Shown here piece after piece: positions 26,881 through 40,875 of a DNA stretch of 64,000 nt. Position numbers and translations under genes: made by a program. Below the pieces are notes generated by a model that was not told the origin of the DNA, searched no databases, and saw only the letters and a program-made list of their open reading frames with translations. Source of the stretch: Octopus bimaculoides (lineage: Eukaryota). The stretch covers positions 43,552,284 through 43,616,283 of the forward strand of contig NC_068990.1 of NCBI RefSeq assembly GCF_001194135.2. The letters are read 5' to 3'. How positions within the stretch are numbered: position 1 is the first letter of the stretch; the number at the start of each line of letters is the position of its first letter.

Positions 26881-28874
26881 CCTGTAATTAATGGCTTTCA
26901 GATTTATCTCAAATAACACCCTACCATTACAAAAGGAAAGACATATTGGATAATGTCCCAATTACACTGTTCTTGGAATATAAAAGCTAGATAGTCACAA
27001 TCAAAACACCTCTGCTCATAGGTCTTCTCAGCCATGTCTGACTATGCCATCTAATAGAATTAATACAACTATTAACTGAACTACACCACCATTCTGTGAT
27101 GCTCTGTTTATCAGTGTTCTTTCTGTTAGATATTCTTAGTGTTTCTGATATACCTACAGTTGAGCTTATCTTTAGCAGGAATATTTGCCCTGACTAAGCA
27201 ATGTTCTTTTTCACATTTTGAACATGGCCAGCTTGTTCCCGAATGATGAAAGGTGACATTAATCTTGTCCTTTAGTCCGGTCTTTTGATTTTCTAACATA
27301 AATCATATTTCAACATATTCTCCAGTGAAGTTTATGTTGTGGATTACACAAAAGTCAAGACCTTGGTAGTGTTTGCTAGTACTTTACATTGAGTTTACTG
27401 TTGATGCCTGCTACTCGTTCATCTAAAGCTTATATCATTCATTCAGTTACATCTAGATTCTCATTGCATCTAAATTATTATGTGTAGGCACCTTGTCAAC
27501 TACTTTCCCTTTACCAACGAATAAAGTTACTATTTCTTTGTTCTTGAGTAAGATCTTCCTTTGCAACCAACTCTTTAGAAAGTTATCTTTGTACAGAAAA
27601 AAAAAACCTTGAATTCCATACAACTTTCGTTTTCAAAGTGTGCTTCTTTCTAACGACTTCATGATTTGATACATCAATATAAAAGCCAAATAATTCTCTC
27701 TGTGGCACATATCCTTCATCTTTATACAATTAATTATGATGCCATTCTGCCAATGACGGATGATAACATATTCACAGCCAGATTACCTGACCGTTTAACC
27801 AGTGACTTTGTTATAATACTTTTACTGTCTTAGCACTCTCCCTAACTGATACAACAATTAGTTTTCTTTTATTGTAAGATTTTTATTACTGTCTCATTTA
27901 TTGCTATTTGTTATTTAATGATTTTAATTAGTGTTTTGTGTAATTAGGTTACTACAGGTATTCTGTGAGGAAAAAGTATAACATTGGAACAATGAATCTA
28001 TTCAATTTTACAATGATAACTTAGCAATTTCAATTTTAATTTGCCTTAATCTTCTGAGTTGTTGAGCTGTCACTATATAATTTCATTTACTGTGGTGATT
28101 AAAAGAGCCACTAAGTGGAGTATTTTTGCTCTGTTGCCCTAGGACTCATTTGAAGATTTCACTTCAGGACAACAGACTTGTCAATAATGTTTACCTAAGC
28201 AAACCAGTGGATTTGCCTAACATGCTAGAGAGAAGAACCAAATTTCTCTAAAAGACAATTGAAATATCTTTGATCACACAAGTTCCCTCAATCTTAACAG
28301 ACTTTGGGCTAAGCAACCACAACACTTTTCTCCTGTTTTTTAATGGCAGTATTTGCAGCTAGGTCATCATTCTAGATTAAGGGAAGTTATTAGTGAAGGT
28401 AAATGAAAGACATCAGCCAGTAGGTCATTATTAACTTGTTAACTGAACTAGCTGAAACTTGTTTATTAGTTCGAATTATTTTATTCAGTATTCTCTATAT
28501 GTTATGAAACATGTTTCACAATTAAGTCAGTCATGGTTATTTAAGATTTGTGTATGTTTGTATCATAACAGAACAAAAGTTAGTACATACATACATACAT
28601 CTCAACCCAGTGAAGTAACTTTGATGTGATCATTTGATTTGCTCAAAATAACAGCTGGATCTCCCTCAAATCATGCCCTCCTCACCATTTGCAGCTGCCT
28701 TTCTCTTGGAATGTAGGTGGCTCATCTGACATTTTTTCCCCTTTACCTGTCTTCTGGTTCTAGTTGTCACATGTTCAATCCTCTTATCTCTATGGCCTTT
28801 TCTCCAAGGATTTTTCCAGCTACAATTTTTGTAGACCATTGTTTGCCCAGTTCGTTTGCAAACTTTCACTCAGT

Positions 28875-28875
<1 letters not shown>

Positions 28876-28923
<48 letters not shown>

Positions 28924-29007
28924 NNNNNNNNNNNNNNNNNNNNNNNNNNNNNNNNNNNNNNNNNNNNNNNNNNNNNNNNNNNNNNNNNNNNNNCCCCCTC
29001 TCTCCCC

Positions 29008-29040
<33 letters not shown>
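28876..29040. repeat. (CT)n microsatellite spanning a 70-N assembly gap (28924-28993)
   Basis: Direct inspection. Confidence 0.95.
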
Positions 29041-29041
<1 letters not shown>

Positions 29042-29619
29042 ACTAATTTTTAGCATTATTCTGTGACATCCACATTTAATATCAAAGTGGGCAGTAATTC
29101 CAACTTGGTCTTTTTATTTTATTTATTAGTGATGAATTTTTGGGAAATATAGTTTAAAGCAGGTGTTCCCAAACTGAGATAGATTTACACCTACAGGTTA
29201 AATTTGGTGATTCTGGATTTGTGTGTATATCTTTCGCTTATAAAGTCTTAAGTTGGGAAGACATTTTGAAGTAAACCTATTTTATGAAAAAATACAAATC
29301 TTTCTTTTTTGTCTCGGCCTCTTTGGATTTAACAATCTGTGTTGTATTTCTCTTTTTCTTTGTGTGCCATGCCTACTGGTATTGGCAATCATTGACCTGT
29401 TTGCTAAAGGTTTTCTTAGAAAAGATATAGCAGCATACTTTCTGCTTGTTTATTTATAGTTTACTCTGTTTGCCTCCTACTCTCCCTTAGAGCACAGTAC
29501 CTATTTAACCCTTTGGCAGGGACACTGGTTCATATGACATTTACAGCATGCCCATACAACAGCAGGCTTGTTTGACTTTTATCTAGAAGCCAGTTCCCCT
29601 CCAAGTCATTAGCCATAGA

Positions 29620-29790
29620 ATCTGCTACTTGACCCATAACTGAGTCTCTTGACAGGTCCTACCCCACTGGGCCAGAGTTGGGCTTGGAAATGGTGGTGAC
29701 TAAAGGGTAATTCCATTCTTCTCAAAACCCCTGAACTCAAGCCTCACCACCCATCAATTGATTTAATGTCTTGCTCAGGACAAAATATAC
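29620..29790 (+). mobile_element. Decayed interspersed repeat (SINE-like)
   Basis: ttgacccata...ggtcctaccccactgggccagagt...gcctcaccac resembles a repeat family I recall from octopus DNA. Confidence 0.45.
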
Positions 29791-30769
29791 TCTACACCTA
29801 TTAATTGCTGTATTGCTAATGGAGTTGTCTAATTCAGAAGATTATGGTTCTGCTATCTGTTCATCATTAGTTCATAAATAAGTGAAATACTATTGTCATG
29901 TGTTATTTTTATTGTTATCATTATTTGAACTTGAAATAATCATCATCATTGTGTTAACCTCCACTTTTTCATGCTTGCATGGGTTAGACAATTCATTAAG
30001 GCAGATTTTCTATGGTTCAGTGCTTGTTCTTCCTGTTGCTAACCTTCACCTGTTTTCAAGTAAGGTGATATTTCCCCATTACCAGACATGTTTTCAAAGA
30101 AGATTGGAAATGGTTGTATGACAGTGACACTTGTTTACAACTATCACATGATGCCAAGACAGGGAGCGCGCACACGCACACACACACACACACACACATA
30201 TGCGCATGCAGTTTCTGTGTGCCAAATCCAGTCAGAAGGCTTTCAACTTGGAGTTATAGGGGATACATACCCAAGGTATCATGCAGTGGGATTGAGCTCA
30301 AAATCATGTGAGTAGGAAACAAACTTCTTAACCACAGAGCAATTTGTGTGTGTGTATACACAAGGATGGTATATCTGCTTATTTAGAGAAAATTGCTGTT
30401 ATGTACTTGTTTGTACATACCCATGTTTGATGAATTATTGGGTGTAGTTTTATGTTCTTCAACATAGTGTTATCCCCAATTTTAGTCACTGTTGTTTCAG
30501 GTTCTTCCATTTTCTCTTATGGGTCCTAAGCTTTGTTTGATTATTTCTATCAACTCTTATTTTTATTTGTTAGGTAATTGGTAGTTACATTTTAGTGGAT
30601 TTGGGATATAGTTTATGTATGTATTGAAATGTTATATATTTTTTTTCATTGGAGAAATTGTTTGTTTTTGATAAATAAAAAAATTTCCAAGTTTTGTTTG
30701 GTTTAAAATTCAAACATCAAACTTTGATGCATTAAAGTAACAAAGTTACTTTACTCTTATTATCTCCAA

Positions 30770-30990
30770 GGCAACTAGCTGGCAGAATCATTTGCATACC
30801 AGGCAAAATACTCAGCTGCATTTCACCAGTCTTTACATTCTGAGTTCAAATTCAGCCAAGGTCAACTTTACCTTTCATCCATTCAGGGTCAATAAATTAA
30901 GTACCGATAGAGCACTAGGATCAATGTGGTCAATTTAACCCCTCCCCTGAAAATGCTGACCTTGTGCCAAAATTTGAAACTATTATTATT
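30770..30990 (+). mobile_element. SINE family B
   Basis: gctggcagaatc...ctttacattctgagttcaaattc...aagtacc...gaccttgtgccaaaatttgaaac-(att)n. Other copies at about 1444-1668(-), 4155-4370(-), 4715-4908(+), 21750-21918(+), 53150-53305(-); partial copies at 50470-50570(-) and 62570-62670(-). Confidence 0.85.
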
Positions 30991-31049
30991 ATTTTTCTTC
31001 TAACTCAGGTTTTGTTGGAACATGTAGAGTTTTGCATGCATAGTGGACT

Positions 31050-32075
31050 TGTTACTTGCCGCTTACGTTACCATGTTATCTGTTCTTTTCCATGATGATT
31101 CTGGCCATGCCAAGGAGGCAAACCTTTTGTAACAGTTCTACTAAGCACTCTGTTCACATTTCCTTTATATTTCTCTTGATGCCTTCTGATTTCTATCCCC
31201 AAGGACCCAACAATAATTGGCATATCTTCACCTCCATTTTTTCAGTCAAGCTATCTCGTATATATATAAGAGAGTTATAGATGTCTCTTTTTTCATCTTC
31301 CTTCTTGACTATTCATGTGTCAAATGGGTATGCAACATCAATTATAGAGCACGTGTAGTTCACTTTGTCTACTGCCACTAGGTCTGACTCGTGATTATTG
31401 TCTGTTTGAATTGGGAAATCCCACAGGATTTTGCTAGTCTCTGACTCTGCCACTATCTCTGGTTTGTTCCCATACCACGTCTTTCCTCTCTCTAACCCTC
31501 ACTTTTCACATAGTTTCCAATGTAGAACTTTTACTATCTCATCATGTCTCCATTTGGGAAAATCTAGAGCATTCATTTACAATATGGGTCATGGTTTTGT
31601 CAACTCTGTAATAGATTTGGCTCAGCAGAGACACACACATTCCTAAGATTGATCCTCCAATTTATGGCCAAAGCTTGGTCTTGCACTGCCAATATAGTGC
31701 TCTCAGTTTCCTTTTTCAGTGTTCCTTTCTTTAACCAGTCCCAGCAACTTCAGTTGTGCCTACATTGAATTAGTTATTTGGTCCCTTATTGCGTAGTGCT
31801 TCTTCATGCCCTTTTTGTACTTATTGTTTTGTTCTTTTCTTTTTCCTGATTTCAATATGCCCTTATCGCTAACTGCCCCTCACTTTGGGATAGATACTTC
31901 AGCAGGCTCCAAAGTTTGATATACATGCAGTCTTCTTCACTTATTAGTTCTTTTCCTTCATTTGCTCTTCTCATGTATAAGCAATCAACTGCACATGGAT
32001 GACAGGCTCCATGCATGGTTAGGAGCATTCTTGTCCTCCTGTCCAACTCCTTTAGTTCATCCTCTGATCACTTCA
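31050..32075 (-). mobile_element. Decayed R4/Dong-like non-LTR retrotransposon (REL endonuclease end)
   Basis: Motifs DRRTRMLLTMHGACHP, WDWLKKGTLKKETESTILAVQDQAL, LHWKLCEK, KILWDFPIQTD and IIDVAYPFD, with stops and frameshifts. Confidence 0.8.
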
Positions 32076-33043
32076 GAATTCCAGCACCATACCGAACCAC
32101 TGTAACTACATGTAGTTTATTGCCAAAATTATGTTTCTGCCATTCAACTTTGAATTCAGCATTTTTCTCAATTGCCACAAATACTCTTTCATTGTCTTTT
32201 CTTTCATATTATTATTATCATCATCATCATAAGTACCAGTCAAGTACTGTTGTCAATGTAATTAACTAACCTTGTGCTAAAATTAGAAATAATAATAATT
32301 ATTTATTATTATTTAATATATGATATAGTAATAGTATTTTACTTTTTTTTTTTTTTCCTGCTGGCTTCAGTCATTGGACTTCAGCCAATCTGAGACAACA
32401 TCATTAAGCTTTGTCAATCATGATCCTAGTAGTTCTTTCAGTTTTATACTTGATTGTTGATAACCAATCTCTATTTTTTGGAATACCATGTTACAGGAAA
32501 TAAAGGCGACAACATAAACAGCAACACAAGTGCAAGCACACACAAAAACAACCATAGATACACAATCATATGCCTATATAAATACGCATGTCTTCTACTT
32601 ATCTCTACATGAAAAAGAAGAGGAAATGAAAACTTAATATATTTCTAAGAATTTAGTATTAGATAGTGTTGGCATAAAGCAGAGTTCACAAATCTTCATT
32701 TGTTAGTGTGCTGTGGAATGTTGGAGATTGACATTTCAGGTATTACTCATCCTCATAGAGCAAAATGTCTCTCATACCAATAACACACACACATCATCAA
32801 GTTTGTCCTTCGTGTCTCAGAAAATAATCAGGTTATCAGCTTTACACTTTATAATTTGTTACATGCACTTGAAACAGTATTGAAATAAAATAGCCATCTA
32901 TGTATCATATTCAATGTAAAACATTGAAAAAACAAAATTACCGTGGTATTCATTCAGAGATAACATATCTTATGGATATGCTGTGTTTAAAAACACAATG
33001 TATATCAGAGGGAGACAAGTCATCCCAACAATGGCTTGCAAAG

Positions 33044-33086
33044 ATGCTAGATGTATTTTGGCTTACTTGGGCCTCATCAGTGGCAT
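33044..33086 (-). ncRNA. Minimal hammerhead-like motif with one core substitution
   Basis: Minus strand ATGCCA-CTGATGA-GGC-ccaagtaa-GCC-AAAA-TACA-TC-TAGCAT. GAAA is changed to AAAA, consistent with CpG decay. Confidence 0.5.
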
Positions 33087-35385
33087 GTACTCACAGCTAG
33101 TCACATGTCTGGTCGGGATTTCTTGCCTTTGGTGTATAGGAAACTGAACAAAATGTTCACTGATATTTCAAATAGCTGTGTAGCTGAGTAAAAATCCATT
33201 ATGTGCAGTAGAAGCTGTATTAAATTAAAATAACCATCTTATGTATCACACTTAATCTTAATTCATCATTAAAAGGCAAATTTACTGCATATTCATCCAG
33301 AGATAAGCTTTTTATATATTGGTAGGATGGGGATAGAGAAGAGAGTAAGAAAGTTAAGGGATGAGATGATGAAGATATCAATCAATATAGCATAAGTTTA
33401 ATATTGGTTACATTTGCTTCAACACTTAATATTGGTTTCAATTGTTTCAAACCATATGACACAGAGATAATGATATGGTAATAAATTGCAGGAGAATTGT
33501 ATGAATTTATCTATGGTTGACTAGTGCATAGTGGCACCTCATCTGACACCAAACATTATTATTTCTGACTGCAAAAAATGTGTGACATTGCTTGTATGGG
33601 GAGGAACAAAAGAAGCTTGCTTCCCAACCACATGGTTCCAGGTTCAGTCCCACTTTATGGTACCTTCGGCAAGTGTCTTCTACAACAGCCTTGAACTAAC
33701 CAAAGTCTTTTGAGTGGATTGGGTAAACAGAAACTGAAAGAAGCCTGTTGTATATGTATGTGTACATGTCTTTGTCCCCTACCACCACTTGACAACCAGT
33801 GTTGATATGTTTATGTCCCTATAACTTAGCGGTTCAGCAAAAGAAACTGATAAATTTAGTACCAGGCTTTAGAAAGTACTGAAATTGATACATTCAATTA
33901 AAAACTCTCTGAGGCGGTGTCCCAGCATGGCCACAGTCTAATGACTGAAACAAATAAAAGAATATAATATATATATATATATATATATATGATGATGATG
34001 ATGAAAACAGTACTGTAAATTTCCTCTCTCTTAATTGTTTTATTATCACAGAAGGGTAAGCTCAATATACTAAATGAAATTGGAGGTAAATTTACTTTCA
34101 GAAGTTGACAGGGTAAATGGAACAAAAAATGTTTGGGGACTCGTGGTTTAAGAGACAGCAACAGATTTTGCTATTGCACTGTAGTGCAGGCATGACTGTG
34201 TGATAAGAAATTTTCTTACCAATCACATGGTTTCAAGTTTACTCACACTGCATAGCACCTTGGGCAAGTGGATTTGGTAAATAGAAGCCCATCTTGTGTG
34301 TTTGTGTGTGTGTATAATGTGTCTCCTTGACTTCTTATAGTGGTAGTAAATGTTGCCATCACACAAATGGTGTCCTTCACTACCAGTCAACTGTGAAAAC
34401 ATGTCAGGTCATTGGAGAATATTCTCTTACTTGGAAACCGGTGAGAGTTGGCAACAGGCAGGGCATCTAGCCACTGAAAATTCACTTTATCAAATTCTAT
34501 CTAACCCATGTGAGCATGGAAAAGTGGACGTTAAAACAATGAATGATAAATTCTGTTTTCTTATTTTATCTTCTTTTTTTTTTCCTTTATCTCTTTACTT
34601 TATCTCATCACATTGATTTGTAATAATAGTGCCAAGATAACAAAACTTATCATACACAACTTTGACAGGTTTTATTATCAATTATTATAGGATTATCTGG
34701 ATGATCATATGTTCAGGAGATAATCATTGTGTCAAAATTAATGAATGAAACTATATTTTTTTACTCTTTTTTTCTTTCACTTTATTCATCAGAATCCTCA
34801 CTCGGCTACCAGCAATAAGGACAGTATGATCTTCATATCAGAGCTAACTGTCTTTAAAAAGAAGACAAGTCTTCATAAGACAATGTAGTCCTAGATGCAC
34901 TTCATCATCATTATCATTTAATGTCCCAGTTTCATGATGTCATGGGTTGGATGATTTGACAGGATGTTCTGGGCCCATGGACTGCATTATGCTCAAGTAT
35001 CTGCTTTGGCATGGCTTCTGTGGCAGGATGCCCTTTTCTAAATGCCAACTACCTCAGAGTGTACTGGTTGCTTTATGGTAGGAGATGAGGGATAAAGGAT
35101 TGATAAAAGTGGTAGAATATGAAGGATGAAAGAGAAGGGGCCAGAGCAGAACAGGTTTCTTGCTGTAGAGGAGCTACGTGACCACTCTCATTTTAGAAGA
35201 TGTTACTCTCAATAGATGAGAGTAACATCTTTTATATAACATCCCATCCTTTCTGAGTAGACCTGGTGGCTACTCAACCAGAAGTTTTTATTTGTTTTTG
35301 TTGATTGATTTATTTTTATCAATAGTTTATGTTCTGCATTTTAAAAAAAAACTGAAAAAAATCTGTCAATATTTTGTTCTTGCAG

Positions 35386-35486
35386 ATGATTTTGATCTAG
35401 CATACCGCAGTATTCTTCCTCTTGATGTACGAGGTGCTGATCATAAATTGATGTCCATTACCAAGTCTAATGTGGATTCAGACCAA
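35386..35486 (+). CDS. DCAF15: DCAF15 coding exon
   Basis: ttcttgcag|ATGAT...CAA|gtgagt. Encodes DDFDLAYRSILPLDVRGADHKLMSITKSNVDSDQ (human EDDKISLPFVVTDLRGRNL). Confidence 0.88.
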
Positions 35487-37247
35487 GTGAGTGCCTATGT
35501 GTTGTTATAACTATTTTTTATTTTTTAAGTAACTCTCATTTCAGAACATAGAAAAAGCTTGTCCTTCCTTGAAATATTTATGCTGAGGGAACAGTTACTT
35601 ATGTCTTTTGACTTTCTACTTAACTCTGCACTTTAAATAGTATACTTCTTAAGATGTCAAACTTGTGTATGTGTGCATGCATGTTTCATATTTATAAATA
35701 CATGTGTACATATACACAAAATCTGCAGTGAATTTTATATCACTCCTTATTTCAGGTGTTCAGACATGTAAAACTTTCTTCTTTTTTTTTTAAGTTTTTG
35801 TCTTAACACTTTCATCTCTTGGTTTCTGTATATTACATTTTGCATTATCTGCTGCATGGAATAATTGCAGTGCATGCATGTGTGTAGTTTTGTTTTATGA
35901 ACAAATTGATGAATACTCTCCTCCTTTCTCTCTTTCTGCAGTGAATATCTATAAGTCAATGATAAACTGATTGATCTACTTGCAGTAGGCAGCGCATGTT
36001 CACTTGTACAAATTGTCGTCAGTGAACTCATTAACATTTAAAAAATGGAATAATGCATTCTTCATTGAAATGTCATCTGAAGAATGTCTGGTTGGGATAA
36101 CATTTTTAAGCAATAGCTACGTAGAACCTTCATCTTTATTTAATTACTTCACTGCTGATGACTTTTCTACTGACATTGTAACTGGAGTCAAGATGCTGGA
36201 CTTCTAGCCACAGGATAACCTGTTTAAATTCTACCAAACCATTGAGTTGGTATCTTCTCTCTACCCCAATGGTTCCCAACCTTTTCTCTGCCCAACATAC
36301 TCTAGGAAATGTTTGATTGATTTCTTTTTTTTTTTGCACCCCCACCTATGAAACTAATATAACATTGGAAGATGAAGATGAAAAGATGAAATGGATAATT
36401 TTATAATAACTAATTTTCTTTTTCATTCTGTCCTTCTCAGCTTTTTGGTGATATATCTTTTATCAGCTTGATATTTGATAAGTTCCCTATTTGGGGCCAT
36501 CAGTATTAAACTGATTTTTTGAATGAGGCAAGGACTTCCAAGCTTGCCTCACCTTCAATAAAGGTTGGCCTGGTGTTGCGGTACTTCCAGGTTTCAGCCC
36601 CAACAAAAAAATTTATTTACTTTTATTTTTAGTCAAACCACATTTAATTATGTGGGGAAACAAACTGAACTCAAAACAAATTAAGCTTTTAATTCAGTGC
36701 ATAAAATGCCGATATATATTAAGCAATTAGCTGAGAACTGTAAATAGTGAAATCTACCTCAGTTGTGTGAATATAAAATTCAACTGCTTCTCTGTTCCTG
36801 CTTCTCATTCAAAACATGAAATCTTCAATATGATTGTGACTTGTAGGTCTGCTTGTGGATTCAGATAATTCCTAGATTTTGTCATGACAAAAGAGAACTG
36901 ATTCCAGATTGCCACAAGTCATTGTAAATGGAATGAGGATACAGTTCTTGACCCATAATCTCTTAATGATTTGAATCTACATGTGAAGAATAATAAAGTT
37001 TTTGATATACTGAATAAAGTTTCCTCTTCATTGTGATACTGAAAGGCTGTCTTTCATTTCCAGGGTTGGGTACCCAGGGTTAGGAATGCCTGCTCTACAG
37101 CTTCTGTTATGTTATTTCCTGTTATACATTGCTCTATATTAGCAATATCACCAACTATGTTCTTGTTTGAATTATATATTATCTCTGCAGTTCTAAATGC
37201 TGTTTCTTTCTATTTACCATGGATTCTTTACTTTCTGTTCTGTCTAG

Positions 37248-37376
37248 AGTGACCATATCACTGTTTGTCAGTTGACATTGGATATTGAGCACTTCTTAGA
37301 AGAGGTCATCCACACAGTAGCAGAATGGGGACATCGCTACATTGCATTTCTAAATTATGACCTGCAGCTACTGGAT
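37248..37376 (+). CDS. DCAF15: DCAF15 coding exon
   Basis: ctgtctag|AGT...GAT|gtaagt. Encodes SDHITVCQLTLDIEHFLEEVIHTVAEWGHRYIAFLNYDLQLLD (human [41 protein letters not shown]). Confidence 0.94.
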
Positions 37377-38719
37377 GTAAGTTCTTTCACTATTTAATTA
37401 AGTAAATTAATGCTTGTTTAATTTAAGGTGTGACCATCTCTGGTTCAGAAAAATCAGTAATCCAGAATGAAATCAATGTTGTGCCTATATGTCTTTGATG
37501 TATTATATATAATCAAAAGATTCACTTTGTGTGTATATATATGTATGTTAAAGAAAAATACATTATTTTCCAGCATACATGTCAAAAGTTTTCAGACAAA
37601 AATTTACAACCAAAAATGGTATGTTGACTTATACCCCAAGACCAACTTTAAAGGACTGAAAATTCCATGTGAAATGCAGCCTGATAGTGATAACGATTGA
37701 ATGTTTACACGATATATTACAACTTGTATGCCACAAAATATGGTGCACAAACGTTCTGTATCACAGTTGGTCATTAAATGAAGGGAAGAAGAAGAAAAAA
37801 ACTATTTAAATAGTAACTTTAAAATTGCTATGTCATTTTGTATCCAGATTTCATAGATTTGATGAATTTGTGGGGGAAAAGGTTTAAACAGCTGAATCAT
37901 ATAAATATATAATTGTCTTCTGAATAATAAAATACTTCATACGATATTTATATTTAAAGATATTTTCTATTCTTTTAGTGGATTCACTCAAAGGTGTTGG
38001 TCAATCTTATTGACCCACAGTATTTGTCCCCTTTCTGGTTCTCAATTTATTAATCCATATTTGTTGAATTGCTTAGTTACTTTTTTGACTTAAGACGCCA
38101 CTCAGATTTATAGTTTTAGTGTGTGTTGCACTGTGTATATAGTTTTAGTGCGTTGCACTCTACATATATATAGTTTTTTTATGCCTGTTTTTGCATGTTG
38201 ACATTAATTAGGTATGTATGATTACTGAGACATTGTTTTACAGCCAAGTGCCCTTCCTGGCACTCACCCTTAAATTGTTTTTCAAATAATGGGTATCTTA
38301 TTTCACACATCTTTGAAGGTATTAAACTAGCTGACAGGAAATGACAGCAATATCATTTCCCATAACTCAGCAATTTTCAGGGAACAAATACTGACATATG
38401 TGTGCACACATGCATATGTATCATTGTCATTCATTGTCTAGGACAACACACATTTAGGAGTGCTGCTTATAGACATATTAGAGGACTGAATCACACTTGT
38501 GCTCTTAAGTTTTGACTTCAATATGGCTGGAAGCTCTTCCTGACACCAACCACTTTACAGTTTGTATTGTATGCTGGGGTTTTTTTTTGTTTTTTTTTCT
38601 GTCACCATCACCAGTGGATTGCCATGTCCTTAACCAGGCTTAAGGGTCTTTTCAGTACTACACTTTTCTGGGTGCATATTTTCGTGGCATCAGCATTAGA
38701 GAGGTTGTCATATCCATGA

Positions 38720-39110
38720 TATGCCTTAATGGACCTCTTGACACCATGTCTACTTGCTCAGCAGCTTCTTTACAGAAGGAGAGGCACAAAGTGTAAGGTA
38801 GATAGAGGCATGAATCATAACCATGTGATGAGAGGGACGAGTGATGAGGCTACTCAGCATTCTGATGGGGAAAATGAGTGTGTATGGGGGCAGGAGAGGT
38901 TGAGTGTGAAGATGTCGATAGGGTGCCCATGTCAGATTGATAGGGGTGTCAAGAAAATGGGAGGTAAAACGATGAAAGGATAACATGGTACAAGGATGGA
39001 GGTAGTGATAGAATTATAGAGGGTTGAATGATAGAAATAAGGGCACTAAGAGGGTGTCAAGGTGTGACAGGCACAATCATAGGCTGGGTGCAGAAATATC
39101 ATCATACCTC
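38720..39110 (-). mobile_element. Decayed Penelope-like reverse transcriptase fragment
   Basis: Frame-shifted FLDTPINL / MGTLSTS / HT.P motifs resemble the PLE RT C-terminal FLD...GTLSTSLHTKPT region. Confidence 0.5.
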
Positions 39111-39199
39111 TCTGTCTGCATCACTACCACAGTTCTTGTCACTTTCAATTCCCCATGCCAACAATCCTGGATAGGTCTTCTACGGCCAAATCTTTTCTA

Positions 39200-39420
39200 T
39201 CATTGTTTATTGCCTGTCTCATGGTCCTCTGTTGTCTCTTATGTCAGATGCAACTTCTTGACGGCAGTCTTCATCACTTCATCTGAAATCTTTCTTAGTC
39301 TCTCTTCCACAGGTTCCATTTTTGTTGTATGAGACTACTTTATACAGATGTCAGCCTCTATAGGCATCCTATGTCCACTTCCAAAGCAACTTCCTCTCCT
39401 GCACACTACATCTGGTTCTT
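39200..39420 (-). mobile_element. Decayed RTE 3' fragment
   Basis: Motifs CSVQERKLLW and GTCGRERLRK resemble the 6003-6685 family. Confidence 0.6.
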
Positions 39421-40488
39421 ATATTCAGTTTTGCTTCTCAGTTCATTAATTCTCCATTGTTTGTGCATATTAACTTTACATTGGAAATAAATTAAGCCCA
39501 GTGCATCATAAGGTGTATTTCATTGTTTCACAAAAAATATCGAGGTGTGTTGTGGATTTTTGAAAACGTTTAGAAAAAGAAAAAAAGTACTAATGCTTGA
39601 GAGCTTCTTGTTATTCATAATTTTGTTATACACAAATATGATTAATAAAACAATGTAAACAATAGCTTTCTACATTTCTTTTAAGATTTTAACTTTCTGT
39701 GTAAAATGTGTTATTTTTTTCTGTACTGTGTTTTAGTAATCATATTTATATATAATAAAATTATGACTAATATGTTGTTTTTTTTTTCGAGACACTCAAG
39801 TATTAGTATGTATTTCCTGAAACCTAATAGTGTGCTTTTAAAAATCAATGACACACCTAGATACACCTTGTGAGACACTAGTATGCATTTAAGAAACACA
39901 CACACACACTGCATATATCCATACACATTTACAAAGGTAGTGGCAAGTTGGTCTAGTAAGGTTATATAAACTATTATAACTGAATTTGCTTTGAGACTCA
40001 TCATTAACAAAGTCAAAACTAAAAGTTTTCCTGTAGATTTATTACTCTATGCCTCTAAGTACAAATCTTGTCAATGACATTATCTTTCTTGCTTTCAACC
40101 CTCCACCAACTCAATAAAAGGTGGCAAATCTACTGAAATCAATTCAATAGGATTTTTCTTTCCCTTTAAACAAAAACTAGTCTTACACCTAACTAAGTTA
40201 AATCAGTATCTTCCTATATATGTCATTATTGCCTTTAGCTGAACAATATCATTGTGAAAATCCATAAATATATAAACACCACACACATCATCATATATAA
40301 AACATGATGAGCTTTCTACCGTTCCCTCCACTAAACTTGTAAATATAAATTGCATTTCAATGTGTATTGTATGTGTGTGTGTGTGTGTGTGTCCCCTTTG
40401 TTTCATATGCTTGGCTTAGATGAAAGAAAACTGAAGCAGGATTTTTTATAACTGGATGCACTTCATGTCACCCTGTTTTTCACTAAGG

Positions 40489-40520
<32 letters not shown>

Positions 40521-40783
40521 GTGCCAGAGGAATTTGAAAGAGCAGTGCTAGCAGACACATTACTGTAATGTGTTGTGGTTTTATAAAAATATGCAGCTTT
40601 AGTATGTTGTGCTGTAAGGGTATATTAAACATTAAAGATAGTTCAAAACAGTGATCAGGATATATTTTATTGCTCCTTTTTATGTTCTGATTAAAACAAC
40701 TGTAGTAGCTTTATTCAGTTTATTATTGTAGGTGGTCCACATTAATACTGTGACCTATAACTGCAAAGTTGTCTTATTTTTAG

Positions 40784-40875
40784 GTCAATGCAGAAAGTGG
40801 AGAGGTTCTAGCAAAGGTGTTTGCTTTAGTCCAGGCAAGGAAAGATTTTAATGAAAAGAAAACTTGCAAACGAAG
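40784..40875 (+). CDS. DCAF15: DCAF15 coding exon
   Basis: atttttag|GTCAAT...CGAAG|gtaaga. Encodes VNAESGEVLAKVFALVQARKDFNEKKTCKR (human VCPETNQVLINIGLLL); phase fits both neighbours. Confidence 0.87.

Noticed and set aside
27130-27800. Possible decayed coding or TE remnant on the minus strand
   Set aside because: No recognisable motif and many stops; it cannot be assigned without a database search.
36266-36290. hAT-like terminal sequence caatggttcccaacctttt (also about 29160)
   Set aside because: No matching opposite TIR or 8-bp TSD could be identified.
38105-38175. Short tandem duplication (tagttttagtg...gttgcact)
   Set aside because: Ordinary slippage-type duplication; not a CRISPR-like array.
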